Assembly: GCF_014256275.1 (NCBI RefSeq)
Contig: NZ_JACCFE010000002.1
Span: forward strand, 4,222,489-4,246,488
Source: Rhodococcus sp. 4CII
GTDB lineage: Bacteria; Actinomycetota; Actinomycetes; Mycobacteriales; Mycobacteriaceae
Direction of reading: 5' to 3'
Length of the DNA: 24,000 nucleotides
The position numbers and the translations under genes were made by a program. Below, piece by piece: positions 9,246 through 16,752 of this stretch. A model generated the notes under the pieces. That model saw nothing but the letters and a program-made list of their open reading frames with translations. It searched no databases and was not told the DNA's origin. Each line of letters begins with the position of its first letter. Within the stretch, counting starts at the first letter, position 1.

Positions 9246-9276
9246 GCTGTTGGCGCGCGCCGTCCGCTTGCCTGCT

Positions 9277-9290
9277 TGATCACGTGATCA
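9277..9290. promoter_or_regulatory. Perfect 14-bp palindrome TGATCACGTGATCA (operator or weak terminator candidate)
   Basis: Checked base by base. It lies 32 nt downstream of the aminotransferase stop, in the 281-bp gap before the dioxygenase gene. Confidence 0.3.
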
Positions 9291-9468
9291 GAAGGAGCGC
9301 CGATTCGGTGCCCGCTTCGGCATCGACGGCCTGAGTGACGCGTCCGGTCGGATTCGCGAAGGTGCACAGATCGTGGGCTAATAGTGCTGTACCACAGTAC
9401 TTTCAAGAGAAGGAACGACCGCCGACGCGGATGTGACGGATCTAACCAAAACCCTTGTCTGAACACTG

Positions 9469-9498
9469 ATCAAACGATAAAATCAAACGATTATAAAT
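9469..9498 (+). promoter_or_regulatory. Two direct ATCAAACGAT repeats followed by a TATAAA -10-like box in a locally AT-rich stretch
   Basis: ATCAAACGAT occurs at 9469-9478 and 9482-9491. TATAAA is at 9493-9498, about 29 nt before ATG 9527. GGATGGAGAA is the likely Shine-Dalgarno. Confidence 0.3.
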
Positions 9499-9526
9499 CA
9501 CCCGTCTACCGGATGGAGAACAAGAT

Positions 9527-10390
9527 ATGACTGTCGACCAGCAGGCACTGCAGCGAGTACCCGTGACCACGTCTGCGGAGAAGATTCTCGAGATCGTCCG
9601 CCGCGACGGCGGCGTGATCATCGGAGACTTCCTCACCGAGGACCAGATCAAGCGCTTCAACGCTGACATCGACGATCCGATGGCAAAGCTGCGCCCGGGC
9701 TCGACGCATGACGGCCTCATCGCCGAGTTCCACGGAAGCAACACCAAGCGCCTGACGAATCTGGTCACGCACAGCGAGACTTTCCGCACGGAGATCATCG
9801 AGCACGACCTGGTTCATGAACTGAGCGATCAGACCTTCGTCGAGGAATCCGGCACGTACTGGATGACCACGGCGCAGGTCATCGAGATCGGCCCAGGTAA
9901 CAAGGCTCAGATGCTGCACCGTGACCTGGGCAACTGGGCGCCCTTCATCGCCATGGGCCCGTCCGGCCCCGAAGCGTGCATCAACTTTCTGATCGCGCTG
10001 ACCGACTTCACCGAAGAGAATGGTGCGACTCGTGTCATCCCGGGCAGCAATCATTGGGACGACTTCGAGGACAACGGGACTCCGGAAGGGACGATCCCGG
10101 CGATCATGAAGGCCGGCGACGCGCTGTTCATCAGTGGTAAGACTGTCCACGGTGGCGGGGCCAATCTCACTGACAACAAGTACCGTCGGGCTGTTGCGTT
10201 CACGTTCAACGCCGGCTTCCTGACCCCCGAAGAGGCCTACCCGTTCATCGTCGATCTGGAGATAGCCAAGTCGCTGTCGCCGCGTGCGCAACGGCTGGTC
10301 GGATTCCGCTCGCAGTACCCGCTGACATCGCCTGGCCTGTGGCAGGTCGATTACAACGAATTGGCCGGAGTCCTCGGGCTCGACAGCTGA
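9527..10390 (+). CDS. Phytanoyl-CoA dioxygenase (PhyH) family Fe(II)/2-oxoglutarate-dependent oxygenase
   Basis: 287 aa. HxD in MLHRDLG, a distal His in GKTVHGGG, and a TRVIPGS block typical of PhyH-family enzymes. Confidence 0.85.
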   Translation: MTVDQQALQRVPVTTSAEKILEIVRRDGGVIIGDFLTEDQIKRFNADIDDPMAKLRPGSTHDGLIAEFHGSNTKRLTNLVTHSETFRTEIIEHDLVHELSDQTFVEESGTYWMTTAQVIEIGPGNKAQMLHRDLGNWAPFIAMGPSGPEACINFLIALTDFTEENGATRVIPGSNHWDDFEDNGTPEGTIPAIMKAGDALFISGKTVHGGGANLTDNKYRRAVAFTFNAGFLTPEEAYPFIVDLEIAKSLSPRAQRLVGFRSQYPLTSPGLWQVDYNELAGVLGLDS

Positions 10391-10449
10391 ATCGGTCGTT
10401 CGAGAATTCAGAGCAGCGGCACCGAGCCGCGCGAAAGGCGGAAGTAACC

Positions 10450-11955
10450 GTGGCAGTCGAAACTGAGACCCCGGGACGGGCCACACCCAACGAGTGGCTG
10501 GACGTCGAAATGCCGGCCGAGTTGCCGACCGCGATGTGGATCGACGGCGAGTGGGCGCAGGCAAGCGGCGGCAATACCGCAACGCATACCAGTCCCCGCC
10601 GCGGCGAGACAACGCAGGTGGCGAGTGCTGCCGAAGTGGATGTCGAGCGCGCGATACAGGGCGCCAAGAACGCCTTTCGCAGCCGGGTGTGGGCAGGCTT
10701 GGAGCCGCGTGAGCGTGGTGAGGCGCTGATCCGGTGGGCCGACCTGCTCGACCAGCATCGTGATGAACTGGCATTCCTTGTCGCGTATGAAATGGGTAAA
10801 CCCGTCACAATCGCGTGGAACGTCGAAATGCGTACCGCGATCAACACTGTGCGCTGGTACGGCGAGCTGGCCGACAAACTGATGGACGAGTCGCCGCGCG
10901 GGCGCAACGGCGCGGTCGCCCTGGTGACCCGTGAACCGGTCGGCGTCGTCGGCATCATCACGCCGTGGAACTTCCCGATGACACTGGCCATGTTCAAGAT
11001 TCCGGCTGCCCTGGTCGCCGGCAACAGCGTCGTCGCCAAACCGGCCAGTCAGACGCCGTTCTCGTTGCTGCGGGCCGCGGAGCTTGCCTACGAGGCGGGC
11101 ATTCCGTCGGGCGTGCTGCAGGTGATCACCGGCAGCGGCGCCAAGGTCGGCGAGCAGCTGGGCAAGCACGACGACATCGCGACCCTGGCCTTCACCGGAT
11201 CTACCGACGTCGGAAAGCAGCTGCTGTCCTACGCGGGTGCGTCCAACGCCAAGCCGGTGTGGCTCGAGCTGGGCGGCAAGTCGCCGAACATCGTGTTCCC
11301 CGACGCGCCCGACCTGGACCGGGCAGCATCAATGGCTGCCTGGGCGGTGTCCTTCAACAGCGGTCAAATGTGCACTGCAGGGTCGCGATTGGTGGTCCAC
11401 GAAGACATACGCGACGAAGTGGTGGCGAAGGTCGTCGACAACCTGAACGCGGCGGTGATCGGTGATCCTCTGGATCCGGCGACCACTCTCGGTCCGCTCG
11501 CCTTTGCCGCGCATCGCGACGACGTCCTGGCCGAGATCCGCAAGGGGATCGACTCGGGTGCCAAACTGGTTCTGGGCTCCGATACCAGGCGTGATGACGG
11601 CCTGTACGTCGACCCTGCTGTCTTCGTCGACGTCGATCCGGACAGCAGGCTCGCTCAGCACGAGATCTTCGGTCCGGTGCTGGCGGTGCACTCCTTCCGT
11701 ACCGAGGAGGAGGCGCTCGCGATCGCGAACAATACGGTTTTCGGATTGGGTTCGTCGGTGTGGACCGCGGATCTGAGCCGGGCTCACCGGATGGCGCGCG
11801 GGATCGACGCCGGTATGGTCTGGATCAACTGCTACGAAGAGGGCGACTCCTCGGTCCCGTTCGGCGGACGCAAGCTGTCCGGGCACGGTGCGGACAGGAG
11901 CAATCACGGTCTGGATAAATACACGCACCTCAAGACGACCTGGATCGAGCTGTAA
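10450..11955 (+). CDS. NAD(P)-dependent aldehyde dehydrogenase
   Basis: Motifs are WIDGEW, ITPWNFP, FTGSTDVG, ELGGKSP and catalytic Cys in GQMCTAGSR. GTG 10450 after AAGGCGGAAG was chosen as start. ATG 10510 is an alternative. The track's ATG 10339 overlaps the preceding gene. Confidence 0.85.
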   Translation: MAVETETPGRATPNEWLDVEMPAELPTAMWIDGEWAQASGGNTATHTSPRRGETTQVASAAEVDVERAIQGAKNAFRSRVWAGLEPRERGEALIRWADLLDQHRDELAFLVAYEMGKPVTIAWNVEMRTAINTVRWYGELADKLMDESPRGRNGAVALVTREPVGVVGIITPWNFPMTLAMFKIPAALVAGNSVVAKPASQTPFSLLRAAELAYEAGIPSGVLQVITGSGAKVGEQLGKHDDIATLAFTGSTDVGKQLLSYAGASNAKPVWLELGGKSPNIVFPDAPDLDRAASMAAWAVSFNSGQMCTAGSRLVVHEDIRDEVVAKVVDNLNAAVIGDPLDPATTLGPLAFAAHRDDVLAEIRKGIDSGAKLVLGSDTRRDDGLYVDPAVFVDVDPDSRLAQHEIFGPVLAVHSFRTEEEALAIANNTVFGLGSSVWTADLSRAHRMARGIDAGMVWINCYEEGDSSVPFGGRKLSGHGADRSNHGLDKYTHLKTTWIEL

Positions 11956-12156
11956 TCGCTGGGTGCGCGACAGATCGTTTCTGATGTTCGGGGGCCACTG
12001 ACGCCTATCCGCTGCGCGAACACGTTGTCTGCCAGGGCAATGCGATCGTCAGTCGACATACGTCCCGGGAACCGGAACACCCGGGTAGGCCTCGGTGACG
12101 CCGAACTCATTCTGAAACGGTCAGTGAGTAACGGTATTTCAATGAAGGCCATCGCT

Positions 12157-12188
12157 CCCCGGATCGCGCGGGCAAATGCGATCCGGGG
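12157..12188 (+). terminator. 11-bp perfect stem / 10-nt loop hairpin
   Basis: CCCCGGATCGC-gcgggcaaat-GCGATCCGGGG lies 200 nt after the ALDH stop and 30 nt before ATG 12218. No U-tract is present. It could be a terminator, attenuator or processing site. Confidence 0.3.
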
Positions 12189-12217
12189 ACCGGTGTCAAC
12201 GAGAGAAATGGATTGTC

Positions 12218-13099
12218 ATGTCCGATGTATCGGTTCTCGGTCTCGGTCTCATGGGGAGCTCAATCGCCCACACACTGATCGACAAGGGCTACTCGGTTAC
12301 CGTGTGGAACCGAACCACGGAGAAGGCCGCCCCCCTGACGGCGGCAGGCGGCAAAGCGGCCTTCACCGCTGTCGAGGCCGTCGAGTCGAGCCCCATCACT
12401 ATCTCCGTCCTCGTCGATTCCTCCGCTCTCGTCGAGTGTCTCGGTGACGACATCGATTTGACCGGTCGCACCATAGTGAATCTGGCGACAGGGACCCCGG
12501 CGGATGCACGTGAGCTCGAGCAGTGGGTCACCAAGCGGAACGGGCTGATGCTGTCAGGTACGATCTCGGCTTATCCAAAGGACATCGGCACTCCTGTGGG
12601 CGGGGTGAACTACGCAGGGCCCATTGAGCTTTGGAACCGGAATGCGGAGATGCTTCTCGCGCTCGGCGGCTTGAGCGGGCACGTCGGCGAGGTTATTACC
12701 GACGCGAGCACCCTCGACCTTTCGATGCTGATCTTCTACATGTCGAGCATCGCCGCGTTCCAGGAGGCGGTGGTCTTCGCGGAAGCGTTCGGTGTGAGTC
12801 CGGACCGGCTCGTCGAGTTCGTCAGGCCGGGACTGCCGGTCCTCGAACGTGAAGTCGACGAGACGGTGCGACGAGTCGAAAGTGGCGACTACACAACCGA
12901 CGAGGCGACGATCGGAACCTTCCATCACTGCATGGACCTCGTCTGGAAGGCGTCCGCCACGATCGCGGCCCGTCCGATTATCTCCTCCGCCGCCCGTGAA
13001 CTCTTCGCCCTCGGAGTATCGGAGGGCCGGGCGAACGAGATCCCGTCAGGTGCCGTCCCCCTATTGCGGCAGATCCGAGACCGCAGCCAACATAGCTGA
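12218..13099 (+). CDS. Imine-reductase / beta-hydroxyacid-dehydrogenase family NAD(P) oxidoreductase (intact paralogue of 1103-1977)
   Basis: ATG 12218 opens MSDVSVLGLGLMGSSIA (GxGxxG). The block DASTLDLSMLIFYMSS has Asp where beta-HAD enzymes carry the catalytic Lys, as in Asp-type imine reductases. 293 aa. Confidence 0.85.
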   Translation: MSDVSVLGLGLMGSSIAHTLIDKGYSVTVWNRTTEKAAPLTAAGGKAAFTAVEAVESSPITISVLVDSSALVECLGDDIDLTGRTIVNLATGTPADARELEQWVTKRNGLMLSGTISAYPKDIGTPVGGVNYAGPIELWNRNAEMLLALGGLSGHVGEVITDASTLDLSMLIFYMSSIAAFQEAVVFAEAFGVSPDRLVEFVRPGLPVLEREVDETVRRVESGDYTTDEATIGTFHHCMDLVWKASATIAARPIISSAARELFALGVSEGRANEIPSGAVPLLRQIRDRSQHS

Positions 13100-13102
13100 T
13101 CC

Positions 13103-13654
13103 GTGAACACGATTCCCGAACTCGAACCGGTTGATCGGGTGGTCGGGCTCGATGCCGGGATCAGGAGCCTGTACACGCTGTCGACGGGGGAGAAGATCAC
13201 CAACCCGCGTCATGAGGGCAGGGACCGTGCGCGGTTGGCGAAGGCGCAGCGGGTGCTGGCCAGGAAGGCGAAAGGGTCCCGTAACCGGGCCAAGGCCCGA
13301 CTGAGGGTCGCGAAGATTCATGGCCGGATCGCCGATCGGCGGCGCGATCATCTGCACACACTCTCCACTCGGCTGGTGCGCGAAAATCAAGTGATCGCCA
13401 TCGAGGATCTGAGTGTGCGGAACATGGTCAGGAATCGGTCGTTGTCGCGGGCGATCTCGGATGCGGGTTGGTCCGAGTTCCGGTCGATGCTCGAGTACAA
13501 GGCCGACTGGTATGGGCAGCGGTCGGTTTCGTCCTGAGTCTTCGTTGTGTCCTGCCGGGAAGCAGTTCGTTCGTCGGGGATCTCGATCTGCACCGGAAAC
13601 GATCGATGATCGTCCGGCGCACCGACACCGACATCGACATCGAACGAGCATCTC
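13103..13654 (+). pseudogene. TnpB (IS200/IS605- or IS607-associated RuvC-like nuclease) relic, 5'-truncated and frameshifted
   Basis: VGLDAGI (RuvC-I Asp), IAIEDL (RuvC-II Glu) and EYKADWYG are in one frame. Degenerate zinc-finger/RuvC-III traces ([12 protein letters not shown]; [11 protein letters not shown]) lie in other frames after 13537. The N-terminal half of a normal TnpB is missing. The relic starts 3 nt after the oxidoreductase stop and is cut at 13655 by the IS630 element. Confidence 0.65.
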
Positions 13655-14127
13655 TAGTGTCCCGCGTCAGAAATTCGTGAGATATATTTGGCGAGGGAAT
13701 CGAGGATCTCCTCGGCGGTCTTGTGCCAGACGAACGGCTTCGGGTCGTCGTTCCAGGTCTTGATCCAGTTGCGAACGTCTTTCTCCAGTGCTGCAACGCT
13801 TTTGTGTACACCACGGCGGAGCAGCTGATCGGTCAGGAATGCGAACCATCGCTCGACCTGATTGATCCACGAGGACCCGGTCGGGGTGAAGTGGACGTGA
13901 AAACGTGGGTGCTTGGCCAACCAGTCGCCCACTGCCGGCGTCTTGTGGGTGGCCAGGTTGTCGCAGACGAGATGCACGTCCAACTCGTCGGGGACGGCCT
14001 TGTCGATCGCGGTGAGGAACTTCTTGAACTCCACGGCCCGGTGACGTCGATGAAGCTCGGAGATCACCGTGCCGTCGGCGATGTTGAACGCCGCGACTCC
14101 CCCAAGGACTACGTCCAGGGAGGTACC
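13654..14127 (-). CDS. IS630-family transposase, C-terminal part in the -1 frame (second Asp and Glu of DDE)
   Basis: The -1 frame is open from 14127: [22 protein letters not shown]... VCDNLATHK ... [11 protein letters not shown]. The stop codon TAG (13654-13656) is built from the flanking TA target plus one flanking base. The join to the N-terminal part needs a -1 shift at CUG GGG G. Confidence 0.7.
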   Translation of the reverse strand, partial: GTSLDVVLGGVAAFNIADGTVISELHRRHRAVEFKKFLTAIDKAVPDELDVHLVCDNLATHKTPAVGDWLAKHPRFHVHFTPTGSSWINQVERWFAFLTDQLLRRGVHKSVAALEKDVRNWIKTWNDDPKPFVWHKTAEEILDSLAKYISRISDAGH

Positions 14128-14825
14128 CCCAGGCTGGTGACGCCGCTGCGGGCGTAGTCATGACTGCGCCGTTCCGGCATGCCCGGCATCATCGGCAGCA
14201 CCGGCTGGGAACGGTTCAAGGCCTGCATCTGACTCTTCTCGTCCACACAGAGGATAACGGCATGCTCGGGCGGATTATGGTAAAGGCCAACAACATCGAC
14301 GACCTTGTCCACGAACTGCGGATCCGTGGAAAGCTTGAACCCGTCGGTCAGATGCGGTTTGAGTTCGAACTTGCGCCAGATCCGGCCGATCGTCGACGGT
14401 GACAGGCCGGTGCGCTTGGCCATCGAGGTACGCGACCAGTGCGTCGCATCGGCCGGGGCGGTTTCCAGCGTCGCGGTGACCACGTCTTCGACCCGGTCCA
14501 GCAAGATCGAGGGCGGACGACCCGGTCGAGGTTCGTCGACCAAGCCGTCGAGGCGTCGGTCGACGAAGCGCCCGCGCCATTTGTTGACCGTGTTAGCGGA
14601 TATCCCCAGGTCTGCCGCGACTTGCTTGTTGGTCATCCCCGGCTCCGCGCAGGCCAACACGATCCGCGACCTCAGTGCCAACGATTGTGGGGTTTTCGCT
14701 CGCCGCGACCATCGAACGAGTTGTTCGCGTTCGTTATCGGTCAACATCAACTCCGCCTTCGGGCGTCCGGTTCGAGGCATGCCTCAGGATATCAAGTTAA
14801 AGCACGAATTTATGGCGTACGACAC
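13657..14825 (-). mobile_element. IS630-family insertion sequence (1169 bp) with TA target duplication
   Basis: Terminal inverted repeats are GTGTCCCGCGTCAGAAATTCGTG (13657-13679) and the reverse complement of 14803-14825, GTGTCGTACGCCATAAATTCGTG; 18 of 23 positions match. TA flanks both ends (13655-13656 and 14826-14827). A DDE transposase lies inside. Confidence 0.8.
14109..14780 (-). CDS. IS630-family transposase, N-terminal part (HTH domains plus first DDE Asp)
   Basis: [24 protein letters not shown]... shows a paired HTH region, and LCVDEKSQ carries the first Asp. The frame stops at 14109, just after a G5 run (14126-14130). Confidence 0.8.
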   Translation of the reverse strand: MPRTGRPKAELMLTDNEREQLVRWSRRAKTPQSLALRSRIVLACAEPGMTNKQVAADLGISANTVNKWRGRFVDRRLDGLVDEPRPGRPPSILLDRVEDVVTATLETAPADATHWSRTSMAKRTGLSPSTIGRIWRKFELKPHLTDGFKLSTDPQFVDKVVDVVGLYHNPPEHAVILCVDEKSQMQALNRSQPVLPMMPGMPERRSHDYARSGVTSLGVPPWT

Positions 14826-14920
14826 TAGGCGGTCCGGATCGTCGACGATCCGCTCCGTGCTGGCGAAGGTCGTGTACCGATCTTCGTGTCGGACCTGTTC
14901 GGTGTCACCGGCACGGACAG

Positions 14921-15042
14921 TTGCTGGGGGCAGTCCCGGATGACAGCGCCTCCACGCAACACGCGGGAAGGCGATCAATGAGTGGCTGTCCCGCCACCCG
15001 CGGTTTCACCTGTATTTTACCCGCCTCGGCTATGTGGGCCGT
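14921..15042 (+). pseudogene. Relic of a second, different IS630-family transposase
   Basis: AVPDDSAST in one frame matches VCDNLATH of the intact copy. KAINEWLSRHPRFHLYFT in another frame matches [17 protein letters not shown]. The relic is frameshifted and truncated on both sides. Confidence 0.55.
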
Positions 15043-15110
15043 GACCGGCGGTCGCCCATTGGAGCCACGCCTCCGCAGCGACTCACTCAACGGGTGTGGA
15101 TTCCGTTGTT
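15043..15110. repeat. 68-bp repeat, copy 1 (matches 17859-17926)
   Basis: GACCGGCGGTCGCCCATTGGAGCCACGCCTCC... recurs at 17859 with a handful of substitutions. Confidence 0.85.
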
Positions 15111-15354
15111 GTGCGGTCGGGCTGGTAGATACGGACCGGCACCGAGACGTTCCCGCCCTCAGTGACCCCGGAGATGGTGCGGTCCTCGACCGAGGCCACC
15201 CGTGTCGTGCGGGGCGGGGGGAGTTGGCGCAGCGAACTTTCGAACACCGTCGAGCCCCAAGCGTATGAAGGGGTCCCGGCAGCAGTTCATCGAGCTGCTT
15301 GGCCACTGCCAGCGCATCCGCGTCCAGGACGTCCTGCCATTGCGAGTAGGTCAT
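15108..15354 (-). pseudogene. 5' fragment of an HSL-family esterase (decayed duplicate of 18217-19263)
   Basis: MTYSQWQDVLDADALAVAKQLDELLPGPLHTLG matches the N-terminus of the intact esterase. The frame is then lost through 1-nt indels. The copy ends at about codon 83 equivalent, before the HGGG and GDSAG motifs. Confidence 0.8.
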
Positions 15355-15484
15355 ATGCAATCACTCTCCGATCGCGACGATGATGTGGTGAGAAGCCGGC
15401 CGCTACGGGCGGCCGATGCGTTCGTAGGTCTGCGGCCGCACCCAAGGCAGGCAGTTCTCGTCCGATGAACTGAGCGCACGGATC

Positions 15485-15509
15485 TTCCGATCATGTCAGA
15501 TGATCGGAA
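15485..15509. promoter_or_regulatory. Inverted repeat TTCCGATCAT-gtcag-ATGATCGGAA (10-bp arms)
   Basis: The perfect arms were checked by eye. The core CGATCAT-gtcag-ATGATCG is conserved in the partner copy at 19400-19418, although the surrounding DNA has diverged. Confidence 0.35.
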
Positions 15510-15866
15510 GGGCGTCCACTGCGAGATGGGCGGTCCGGCTGCGTGGAGGCGGCAAAACGGAGACCTCCTCTTGCAGTCCCAGGCATCGTCCAGGTCATCC
15601 AGCTCGCGATACGTTCGACGACGTCTGCACGGTGTGCCTCCCGGTGGCGTATCCCAGGAGATCGCTCGCTCTTTCCGCTGTGCATTGACACACGCATTCG
15701 GCGGGCGCGCGGACAGGGCAGGCGAGCTAGCTGGGGGTGACGAGGAAGGTGCGGAAGGCGTTGTTGTTGGAGGCGGGTCCGGTTTGCCGCGGGAGGTCAA
15801 CCGTCGTTCCTCGTCCCGAGTCCGTCGACCGCGGACCCTCTCGCTGAGAACGGCGGTCGAAAATTA

Positions 15867-15882
15867 TGTGATGCGCATCACA
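15867..15882. promoter_or_regulatory. Perfect CRP/GlxR-type site TGTGA-N6-TCACA
   Basis: TGTGATGCGCATCACA is a perfect 16-bp palindrome centred about 123 bp upstream of the first porin ATG (15998), in an AT-richer stretch. It is the only perfect match to this consensus noticed in the window. Confidence 0.5.
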
Positions 15883-15997
15883 GTTACGAAACTGATCTCA
15901 GTCTCAGGTTAAGCTTCCCCAACATCTCGCGGGTGTGGCTACTTCCACCCAAACATTCTGCGACTGAATATCTTTGAGAAAGTTCTGAGGGAAGCAA

Positions 15998-16681
15998 ATG
16001 ATGAAGAACTCTGCATCGGGACTGCGCCGGGGCGTCCGTATTGCAGGCCTGGGTGCTGCTGCGGCTGCCCTACTCGGTGTGATGTCTACTGGTGCGGCGA
16101 GCGCGGATACTTTCATCCCGCTGCCTGATGGTTCGAAGACCGGCCCGAATGTGACGTTGACGCGGACGGCGGAGAGTGCTCTGTCGTCGCCGTCGTTGGC
16201 TGCCAATGGCGTCGGTCGTGTGGCGTGGGTGTCGGGCACCGTCGTTGCCGATGTCAAGGGCATCAAGGACGTCACCGACGTTCCGGACGCGAACAACACG
16301 ACGAACAATGCGGGTACCTACAACGGTACGAATGCGTCGACCACGCATGGTGTTTCGCGGGTGTCGACCGGGTACATCGTGGGTTGCCAGGTGGACATCA
16401 CGGGTCTGTCGGCGAACCCGTCGTTCAGTCTGGGTTTGGATTCGTTGTCGGCGAGTGCGGGTCTGACGGTTCCGTTGGCTTCGGGTGAGGTCAAGTACGT
16501 GCCGCTCGGTGGTAAGGACATCAAGAAGGACGGCGTCTACGCGCTGCAGTACCAGGATTCGGAGCTGCAGGTGCAGAAGTGCGGCGGTTTCGCGCAGGCT
16601 CGTTCGTACTCGGTCGTGGAGATCGTGGGCAACGACTACTCGAAGACCGTTCTGTACGGTGCGCCGTTCAGCATCGGCTGA
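15998..16681 (+). CDS. Secreted MspA-family porin-like protein, paralogue 1
   Basis: Sec signal MMKNSASGLRRGVRIAGLGAAAAALLGVMSTGAASA|DTF. The blocks GRVAWVSGT, GYIVGCQVD, KCGGFAQARSY and the C-terminal TVLYGAPFSIG parallel MspA blocks (TREWFHSGRA, GYQIGFP, GAAGGVLLRPFA, TTYGEPWNMN). GAGGGA is the likely Shine-Dalgarno. Confidence 0.8.
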   Translation: MMKNSASGLRRGVRIAGLGAAAAALLGVMSTGAASADTFIPLPDGSKTGPNVTLTRTAESALSSPSLAANGVGRVAWVSGTVVADVKGIKDVTDVPDANNTTNNAGTYNGTNASTTHGVSRVSTGYIVGCQVDITGLSANPSFSLGLDSLSASAGLTVPLASGEVKYVPLGGKDIKKDGVYALQYQDSELQVQKCGGFAQARSYSVVEIVGNDYSKTVLYGAPFSIG

Positions 16682-16752
16682 TTTCGGCTCTTTCGCAGTC
16701 CTTCCCACCCACTTTCTCGCGTGCGCGAGTTATCTACCCTTAGAGGGGAACA

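Larger units (their letters stand above)
15108..15526. repeat. Segmental duplication, decayed copy (matches 19019-19438)
   Basis: It is colinear with the 5' end and upstream region of the esterase gene. Most positions are identical over the first ~250 bp, with two 1-nt insertions relative to the intact copy. Divergence increases further upstream. Confidence 0.85.

Noticed and set aside
9506-10774. 422-aa minus-strand ORF, plus other long antisense ORFs (10245-11039, 10408-11169, 11329-11928)
   Set aside because: They are antisense to the PhyH dioxygenase and ALDH genes, which carry clear family motifs.
11956-12156. Possible gene fragment on the minus strand (FQNEFGVTEAYPGVPVPGTYVD then a stop) in the ALDH-IRED gap
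   Set aside because: Only about 22 codons lie between stops, and no family was recognised.
13621-13648. Short hexamer tandem (CACCGA CACCGA CATCGA CATCGA)
   Set aside because: It has only four units, lies inside the degraded TnpB relic and encodes the DTDID trace. It is too short to call a meaningful repeat array.
15108-15526. Possibility that the two repeat copies are template and variable repeats of a diversity-generating retroelement
   Set aside because: The differences between copies are not adenine-specific (C/G, A/G and T/C changes plus 1-nt indels). No reverse transcriptase gene is present. One copy is simply a decaying pseudogene.
15721-15800. Minus-strand tail ...GPASNNNAFRTFLVTPS then a stop, possibly the 3' end of a lost gene
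   Set aside because: The open stretch is short, the family is unrecognised, and it cannot be distinguished from chance.
15493-15912. ORFs starting at the ATG inside the inverted repeat (MSDDRKG..., 15493-15912, and the equivalent part of 19174-19548)
   Set aside because: The two copies diverge completely after a few codons and there is no coding-type GC3. The ATG is part of the palindrome.
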